From the NCBI GenBank assembly GCA_021777565.1, contig JAJYDJ010000001.1, forward strand, positions 24,431 through 88,430: a stretch of 64,000 bases of DNA, in the 5' to 3' direction. Numbering within the stretch: position 1 is the first letter of the stretch; each line of letters opens with the position of its first letter. This DNA comes from a bacterium. GTDB taxonomy: Bacteria > Patescibacteriota > Microgenomatia > Levybacterales > UBA12049. Of the stretch, positions 57,843 to 64,000 are shown piece after piece. The notes beneath the pieces are model-generated. The model was not told the DNA's origin, did no database searches, and saw only the letters and a program-made list of their open reading frames with translations. The position numbers and the translations under genes were made by a program.

Positions 57843-58532
57843 ATGGCGATGAAGAAATCAGACATTGCACGTTTTTTGATCCTGAGAAGTATTGGGAATT
57901 TTCTCGTGTTATTTGGCCTTTTTGGTGTGGGTATGACCTTTGGTCCTGCCTTGTATGAAGAAGGTCGATACCAGCTGGATCGTATGGAAGGAGTGACGTA
58001 CGTTGTGGCAACTCCTCATCAAAATCCATTCACTGGAGCCTTCTCAAACGTTATTGCCCAGACTGGGAATGTGCATGTTTTGGTCCCACCAGATCCATTT
58101 TTTAGTATCGTCATTCCCAAAATAGGTGCTGCCGAGAGAGTGATCCCAAATGTGGATACCACCAATCAGGCTGAGTATGTTGCTGCACTGCAGAAAGGCA
58201 TTGCCCATGCAAAAGGAAGTGTCTTCCCAGGGCTCAAAGGGACAACCTACCTTTTTGCCCATTCAACTGACAGCTGGTGGAATGTAGGAAGATACAATGC
58301 GGTGTTTTATCTCCTGAAAGATTTGACGGTGGGAGATGATGTCTATGTCTTCTTTAATGGGGTCAGATATAACTATAAGGTGGTAAAGACAGAAATTATT
58401 GATCCATCCGATGTGTCACTCCTGGTGAATGCCCAGACATCTGATGAGCAGTTAGTACTCCAAACCTGCTGGCCTCCGGGAACGACCTTCAAACGTCAGA
58501 TGGTGATCGCAAAACTTATCGGAAGTAATTAA
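57843..58532 (+). CDS. Sortase
   Basis: IVIPKIG, LFAHS, LVLQTCWPPGT..KR. Confidence 0.92.
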   Translation: MAMKKSDIARFLILRSIGNFLVLFGLFGVGMTFGPALYEEGRYQLDRMEGVTYVVATPHQNPFTGAFSNVIAQTGNVHVLVPPDPFFSIVIPKIGAAERVIPNVDTTNQAEYVAALQKGIAHAKGSVFPGLKGTTYLFAHSTDSWWNVGRYNAVFYLLKDLTVGDDVYVFFNGVRYNYKVVKTEIIDPSDVSLLVNAQTSDEQLVLQTCWPPGTTFKRQMVIAKLIGSN

Positions 58533-58533
58533 C

Positions 58534-59121
58534 TCATGCATTGAGGATAAGTTCGTTGTTTTTCCCCGCAATCATATCTCGAATTTGTCCGATCCTGGTC
58601 AAAAAAATGAGAGCAGTAACAAGGATGGTATATCCAAAAGAGAGAAGTGGCTGTCCAGTGATAAGTGTGAGAAATGGGACAAGGGCGGTGACGGCAAGGT
58701 GGGTAAAAAATGTCATATTGCTTTCTCGACGAATAAAGATCCACATAGCGATAAGTAGTAGCGCAAAAAACCACCCAAATAGGATGGCGAGAGTGCCGGC
58801 AAAAATGGGGAAACAATTGTCATATTTACTTTTAAATAATGGGAAAACTTGCCCAATAATACCCGCAAAACAAGCTCCGAGAATATACAGAGGGGTTGAG
58901 AGAAAATGAAGCGCTATCAGTGCGATAAGACAACCTGAGGCGAATTCGAAAACGATATTGGAAAAGACTTCGGCCTTTGTAATAAAAGGATATAGCCCAA
59001 GAAGTGATTGATGCAGCTTTTGTACAAAGCCTATCTTTTGTACCTCTTCGAAAAACATATCAGCAGATAGTGATCCGATAAGATAGTTGGTCAAAAAAAG
59101 TACTATAAGTGTAACGTACAT
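58534..59121 (-). CDS. PlsY-like membrane protein with degenerate motifs
   Basis: YLIGSL, GIIGQVFPLF, ...TRIGQIRDMIAGKN. Confidence 0.65.
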   Translation of the reverse strand: MYVTLIVLFLTNYLIGSLSADMFFEEVQKIGFVQKLHQSLLGLYPFITKAEVFSNIVFEFASGCLIALIALHFLSTPLYILGACFAGIIGQVFPLFKSKYDNCFPIFAGTLAILFGWFFALLLIAMWIFIRRESNMTFFTHLAVTALVPFLTLITGQPLLSFGYTILVTALIFLTRIGQIRDMIAGKNNELILNA

Positions 59122-59141
59122 TCTGGTAGCATTATTGTAAT

Positions 59142-60494
59142 ATGTCTCAGGAAAAGTTGCAAAAATGGCACCTAGGATTTGTCCTTTTGATTCTCATAAG
59201 CGTTGTTATCCGCCTGTGGGTCATGTCTGCGTCATTACAGCTTCGTGAACATACGGACGTCACTCGATACAAAGATTGGGCACGGATCGCGTACCTGTAT
59301 GGGTTTGCCGACAGCTATCTGCCCACACATCTCACCTTTGGCAATATGCCAAATAACCAACCGCCAGGAACATTGTATGTGCTGGATGGTGCCTATACTG
59401 CACAGCTTCGCGCGGCAAATATCTATATGAAGTTTACTCACCAAAAACCAGGGACAAATTTGTTTATCAATGGTCCACTGGTCAATATCTTTTTGCGCAT
59501 CCCATCACTTCTTGCAGATATCGTCATTGGTTTGCTTTTGTATGTTTTGATTGGGAGGTTGAAAGGGAATAGAACGTGGCAACTGATCGGCAGTGGCTTG
59601 TTTCTTCTCAATCCTGTGGTTATCTATAACAGTGCATTTTGGGGACAGATGGATAGTGTGAATAATGTATTTTTTATTCTTGCGCTGTTACTTCTCACAT
59701 ATAAAAAATATTTTGTTACGGTGCTTGTGTTTTTCTTGGGACTTTTTATCAAATTCTCACTTGTCATATTTTTGCCATTTCTTTTACTCTTTATATACCA
59801 GCAAGGAATTTCATGGCGACGACTTCTGTGGTATCCACTGATTGCCTGGATTATGCTTTGCAGCTTTAGTTTGCCTGTTACCAGTAATGCCTTTGTGTGG
59901 CTCACGAGTTTTTTACAAACAGCCAGTGGGGAAATGCAAAACGTGACGGTGTATGCATTTAACTTCTGGTGGATGCTGTTTCACCCTCATATGTATAGTA
60001 GCGTCTCTGCAGTCCAGAATTTGTATCAGTTCAGTAGTGTCAATCTGACAGGTGTACCGCTGGTGACGGCGCCACTTCTTGGGACGACGCTTTTGACATG
60101 GAGTTTGGTCCCGGTGTGTTTGCTCTTGGGGCTTTTGTTTGAACGCATGTGGCACGCAAAGCCAACCCTGACGCAAAGCATGTTCATTTCTGCGGTAGTT
60201 GCCCTAATGGTTTTCCTTTTTCTCCCAAGTAAGCATGCGCGGTACATGTATCCGATGTTTGCGCCACTCGCACTCTATATTGGGATAAAAAAACAATTTC
60301 TTTTAGAATTTATCATCTTGTCAGTGGCAAACATGTTGAATTTATATATGGTGTGGCATCCATTTGCGCTGTCGTGGTTCCCTCTGGGACTTATCAATAG
60401 TCAGGTGTTTCAGTGGGTGATTGCGACTGTTTCTGTCATGGTAGGTCTGTGGCTGTATATGCGCGTACTTCAGATGCTGCGATCAACGAGTTAA
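59142..60494 (+). CDS. GT-C fold membrane glycosyltransferase (GT87/ALG6-like)
   Basis: TDVTRYKDW, NQPP, NPVVIYNSAFWGQMDS, HARY. Confidence 0.85.
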   Translation: MSQEKLQKWHLGFVLLILISVVIRLWVMSASLQLREHTDVTRYKDWARIAYLYGFADSYLPTHLTFGNMPNNQPPGTLYVLDGAYTAQLRAANIYMKFTHQKPGTNLFINGPLVNIFLRIPSLLADIVIGLLLYVLIGRLKGNRTWQLIGSGLFLLNPVVIYNSAFWGQMDSVNNVFFILALLLLTYKKYFVTVLVFFLGLFIKFSLVIFLPFLLLFIYQQGISWRRLLWYPLIAWIMLCSFSLPVTSNAFVWLTSFLQTASGEMQNVTVYAFNFWWMLFHPHMYSSVSAVQNLYQFSSVNLTGVPLVTAPLLGTTLLTWSLVPVCLLLGLLFERMWHAKPTLTQSMFISAVVALMVFLFLPSKHARYMYPMFAPLALYIGIKKQFLLEFIILSVANMLNLYMVWHPFALSWFPLGLINSQVFQWVIATVSVMVGLWLYMRVLQMLRSTS

Positions 60495-60530
60495 TTTGCA
60501 TTTGCCGTGCTATTTTGTTAGATTGGTGGT

Positions 60531-61244
60531 ATGCAACCCCGTGAAATCCTCGCCCAGGCAGTTGATGCACTGGAGCATGAACAAAACACTCATCGTGCAC
60601 TTGAGCTTGATCAACAGGCCGCACAAGAAGCAGAAAATGCTGGAGATTTGGCTACTGCAGCCGAGGCAAAATCTCATGAAGCCTTAGTTCTTAGAAGAAT
60701 CTATAGACAGACAGATGATCATCAGTATCTGGATCAGTCAGTACAGGTTGCTCGACAGTCCGTAGAACTTGCCAAACGACTTTCAGACACAAGCGCATGG
60801 ATGATGCCTCTTTTTAAAGCGGCCAGCTCATATTATGCAGCAGGTCTTGCACAGGAAGCAGTCGCAGCGATGGATGAGGCCATACAGATTATGCATACCA
60901 ATCCTCCTGCAACACACGATAGGCCATCAGTACTCCATGATATGCGCATACACCGAGAGTACTTTGCCTACCAGGCTGGGGACAAAACTGCTATTGATCG
61001 TTTGGAGCAGGCTATAGATGATTTACGTTCAGCAGGGGATCCGGACATCTATGCACTCGATGTATGGGCGAGTGGTGGGTATCTCAAAGCAGCTGAGGTA
61101 TTGGTAGATGATGATCCTGCCAGAGGGTTGGCAAATCTTATGAAGGCGCGAGATATTATTGCGGCAAATCCCGAATTGGTATTGAGAAGAAGTGATTGGA
61201 ATGCCCTGGCAGAGAGATATGGCAGGGGAGATTTATTTGCGTAA
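60531..61244 (+). CDS. TPR-like helical hypothetical protein
   Basis: Ala-rich helical repeats. Confidence 0.7.
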   Translation: MQPREILAQAVDALEHEQNTHRALELDQQAAQEAENAGDLATAAEAKSHEALVLRRIYRQTDDHQYLDQSVQVARQSVELAKRLSDTSAWMMPLFKAASSYYAAGLAQEAVAAMDEAIQIMHTNPPATHDRPSVLHDMRIHREYFAYQAGDKTAIDRLEQAIDDLRSAGDPDIYALDVWASGGYLKAAEVLVDDDPARGLANLMKARDIIAANPELVLRRSDWNALAERYGRGDLFA

Positions 61245-62237
61245 CAGCAGCTTCTCACCACGATGCCAGAGGTAATCAACTGCCAGAATCCCCGTTGTCG
61301 CCAAACCTGTTGAGATAATCCCATTGAATCGTTCTTTCCACTCTGCGATAACTGGTGAGACATGAAGGGCAATGTAGATATTGTAGATGTAAAGAAACGC
61401 CAAAAACTGCCATCCCAAAAGTGCAAGCGTATGTTTCCCAATGTATTCAAGAACTCGATTGGCATTGATAAGCATACTCAGAATAACGGTCATAAGGATG
61501 CCAGCAAGTGCTCCTATGTAAAAAAGAGCGTAGTTATTCAGGTGTCCAATACGCATATCAATCTGGTTCCCAAACCATTGAAAGTTGAGCTGTGCCGCAA
61601 TGAGCCATAGGGGGATAGACACGAGAAGGAGTTGCCACCGGTGAGATTGTATCCAGGAAGTGAGTTTTTGCTGTTCCATAAGGAGCGCGCCTGCACCGAA
61701 AAAAACAACGGCCGTGAATGCGGTCTCTAGGCCAAAAGGTAAATGACTGTCCGGGAAAAGTCTCGTGTAGGCAAATCCGAGTCCCGAGAAAAAGAATAAC
61801 CAAGTGATGATAAATGGAGTTGTTTTGGCATAGTTCTGGATACCGTAATAAAGCATTCTGGTCACAAAAAGGCAGGGGAGGAACCACAAAATTATGTTAT
61901 ATCCCAACCCTCCATTGGCACCACTGCCATAGATCACGCCCCAGAAGTCGCCCCAAAATCTCGCCCAGGTGAGTGGATTACTGTCAGTAAAATGTCCGAT
62001 GCCGTAGGTGGCAGCTGCCAAAAAAAGGTACGGAATCAGAAGCGTCTGGGTTGATCGTTTAAGAAAGTGTCTAAAAGGTGCGGGGTGAAAAAGCATGCCA
62101 GAGAGGAAAAAGAAAAACGGCATATGGAAGGCATAGATAAGATAGCGGTATTGCCTGTCATCGATCGTATGGCCATAAATGACCAACAACATTCCTATTC
62201 CGCGTGCGACATCGATCCAATGAATTCTTTCTTTCAT
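61233..62237 (-). CDS. Acyltransferase-3 family membrane protein
   Basis: WIDVARGIG..LVIYGH, FHMPFFFFLSG, LWFL. Confidence 0.93.
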   Translation of the reverse strand: MKERIHWIDVARGIGMLLVIYGHTIDDRQYRYLIYAFHMPFFFFLSGMLFHPAPFRHFLKRSTQTLLIPYLFLAAATYGIGHFTDSNPLTWARFWGDFWGVIYGSGANGGLGYNIILWFLPCLFVTRMLYYGIQNYAKTTPFIITWLFFFSGLGFAYTRLFPDSHLPFGLETAFTAVVFFGAGALLMEQQKLTSWIQSHRWQLLLVSIPLWLIAAQLNFQWFGNQIDMRIGHLNNYALFYIGALAGILMTVILSMLINANRVLEYIGKHTLALLGWQFLAFLYIYNIYIALHVSPVIAEWKERFNGIISTGLATTGILAVDYLWHRGEKLLLRK

Positions 62238-62240
62238 GTG

Positions 62241-63014
62241 TTAGCTCAAGGCAGTATATTTCTCTTCAATGTGAGTGAGTGAATCTTTAAAGGTCTCAGG
62301 AGTAATATGCCACATGTCACCAAAGAAAGGATTATCAAGATCTTCAATAATGTATATGAGAAGTGCCAGACTAAAAACAAATGTTCCGGTTACCAGAGTA
62401 CCATAGTAGATATTTACAAATGGCATAAAGATAAACGTGATGACCATAAAGAAAGATGAGGCATAGAAAAAGACGCGGATAGGAAGGGGAAGTCTGAGAA
62501 TACATTTGTGGAGCCTCTCGGTACGCGTCTGGGCAAGATTGGCATAGTGATCAACGATGAGTCCAAAGACTTGTCCATCGTGATCATCATCGAATTTCAC
62601 ATGATTAATATCTTGTGCCAGTTGATCAAATGCTTGTTCTTCTGCAGGATGTTTTTTCCCTTTTTTGAGGTGTTTGAAATTATTGTCAACGATAATACTA
62701 ATGTAGGTTTTAACATTGGCATATACTTTCTCGCTAAATTTTTTATCGTGGAAATACGTAGAGAGGAGATACAATTTCTCAAGACCTGCGGCTTCCTGTT
62801 CGATCAAATATTTGGTGTTGTTAAATTTATTCCAGACTTCAACAACAATAAAGGCAGAAATGATGCCATAAAGTGCACCAAAGGCGACTAAATAGGCACT
62901 GATGCCACCCATATCAGCGAGATACTTGTCGGTATGCAGAAATGCCTGTGCTGTCATCATGAGTATGACTGAGAAAAGTGCAAGAAGGGTCGATTTAACA
63001 AAGACAGAAATCAT
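62241..63014 (-). CDS. DUF4239 (bestrophin-like) membrane protein
   Basis: GALYGIISAF..VEVW, QEA..L, R.ERL, DLDNPF. Confidence 0.8.
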   Translation of the reverse strand: MISVFVKSTLLALFSVILMMTAQAFLHTDKYLADMGGISAYLVAFGALYGIISAFIVVEVWNKFNNTKYLIEQEAAGLEKLYLLSTYFHDKKFSEKVYANVKTYISIIVDNNFKHLKKGKKHPAEEQAFDQLAQDINHVKFDDDHDGQVFGLIVDHYANLAQTRTERLHKCILRLPLPIRVFFYASSFFMVITFIFMPFVNIYYGTLVTGTFVFSLALLIYIIEDLDNPFFGDMWHITPETFKDSLTHIEEKYTALS

Positions 63015-63128
63015 ATATTGAGCATAGCAATCACAGGCTAGAGACGCAATGGCTCAAAGAAGTTGTCAAAGAGGTTGTGCTGCAGTACAATACCTACACT
63101 AATTAGTGATATTTATCACAATATAGAT

Positions 63129-64000
63129 ATGGCAATAACCGCAGAATCAATCGCAGAAGCAGGAAGAACAGAGCTCGGCCGAGTGTGTATGGACACCCAG
63201 TTGCGCTTAAACGTCATCGAGTCAGCAGATCCTGATGAACTCATCCCCGGGCAGCTTGAATCCGCACAACTTAACTACGCCATGGCACATGGGCTTGAAA
63301 GAGGCCAAGTGCGTGGGAATCTTTTTACGCCAGTACAAGAAGAGTTGGCACGAGATCCAGAAGATGAGATATGTACCCATGTGCTTCGCGAGATTGGTGT
63401 TAGGGAAGACATTATTGCTTGCTTTCATAGTTTGATGGCAGAAGGACGGTATAGGGATTTTCCTGAGACTGGAGTCGCTAACATCTGGAACTATGCACAG
63501 CATGTTATTAACTATAGAGCAATATACAGAATTCAAACTACCGATGAAGCTAGGGAAGATGTACATACGCTTTATCAACAGGCCATGGTAGAGTTCCTTG
63601 AAGCAGCTTATCGAGGAAGAGACGCTGTGGTCGTGAGTGAAGAGGCGCATGAGGCATTTGATGGCGTGAGAGACATACCAGAGGCAAGCCTAGAGGTGGC
63701 ACTTTCTGTGACGAGTCCATACTTGGAGTCTCTTGGTCAATCTGAGGACACGTATGACAGGGCAAATACTGCAGCCATTGTTGAACGCTTTGGCAATGAG
63801 CCGATGGTTCAAGAAGAGTTGATCACCTATACGCGTATGCTTTTGAGTGAAGGTGTCCCTATGGCACATATTGTGCTTTTGAGGGCCCATGCGGAGCAAC
63901 TTTTTGCACGAACCTATGCACATTTAGTGATACATCATCTTGAAGGGTCATCTCTGGCACGAGAGACGATGCAATATGTTGTGCAATCAGAACTACGCCA
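63129..64000 (+). CDS. Hypothetical protein, 3' truncated by window
   Basis: Frame MAITAESIAEAGRTELG... read manually; open to the window end. Confidence 0.7.
   Translation, partial: MAITAESIAEAGRTELGRVCMDTQLRLNVIESADPDELIPGQLESAQLNYAMAHGLERGQVRGNLFTPVQEELARDPEDEICTHVLREIGVREDIIACFHSLMAEGRYRDFPETGVANIWNYAQHVINYRAIYRIQTTDEAREDVHTLYQQAMVEFLEAAYRGRDAVVVSEEAHEAFDGVRDIPEASLEVALSVTSPYLESLGQSEDTYDRANTAAIVERFGNEPMVQEELITYTRMLLSEGVPMAHIVLLRAHAEQLFARTYAHLVIHHLEGSSLARETMQYVVQSELR

Noticed and set aside
1-64000. Alternative genetic code (TGA=Gly as in Gracilibacteria/Absconditabacteria)
   Set aside because: Conserved genes are full length in code 11, and several (e.g. argS) end in TGA at the expected position.

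Overview
A 64-kb chromosomal segment of a small-genome bacterium using genetic code 11. It is most likely Patescibacteria/CPR, Microgenomates-type (inference from gene content, near-leaderless -10-to-ATG spacing, and PEGA, dockerin and sortase surface proteins). Housekeeping genes include argS (3' end), an M16 peptidase, ndk, pepN, mreB, galU, the secE-nusG-rplK-rplA-(2 inserted genes)-rplJ-rplL cluster and four tRNAs (Asn-GTT, Pro-CGG, Arg-CCT, Ser-CGA). Two AT-rich elements are integrated at tRNA 3' ends, each with a large serine recombinase whose ORF runs antisense into the tRNA. Element 1 (tRNA-Asn) carries an Ltp-like protein, Xre, a gpII/Rep-like initiator and SpoVG. It also carries an operon (oxidoreductase, TPP enzyme, NMP kinase) divergent from an NDT-like/ribbon-helix-helix regulator. 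Element 2 (tRNA-Arg) carries a structured RNA leader, Xre, a Zn-ribbon protein and a membrane protein with tandem FtsK-gamma domains. The most striking non-coding observations are: a GIY-YIG gene wedged between a duplicated tRNA-Asn 5' half (D-arm replaced by a perfect 18-bp palindrome, ending at position 37) and the intact tRNA; a DUF1646/Na+-riboswitch-like leader with overlapping terminator before a DUF2294 gene; a leader-peptide attenuator before pepN; and a REP-like palindromic element in frame within rplA. No CRISPR array, rRNA, reverse transcriptase or DGR was seen. All family assignments come from motif recognition by eye, not from database searches.
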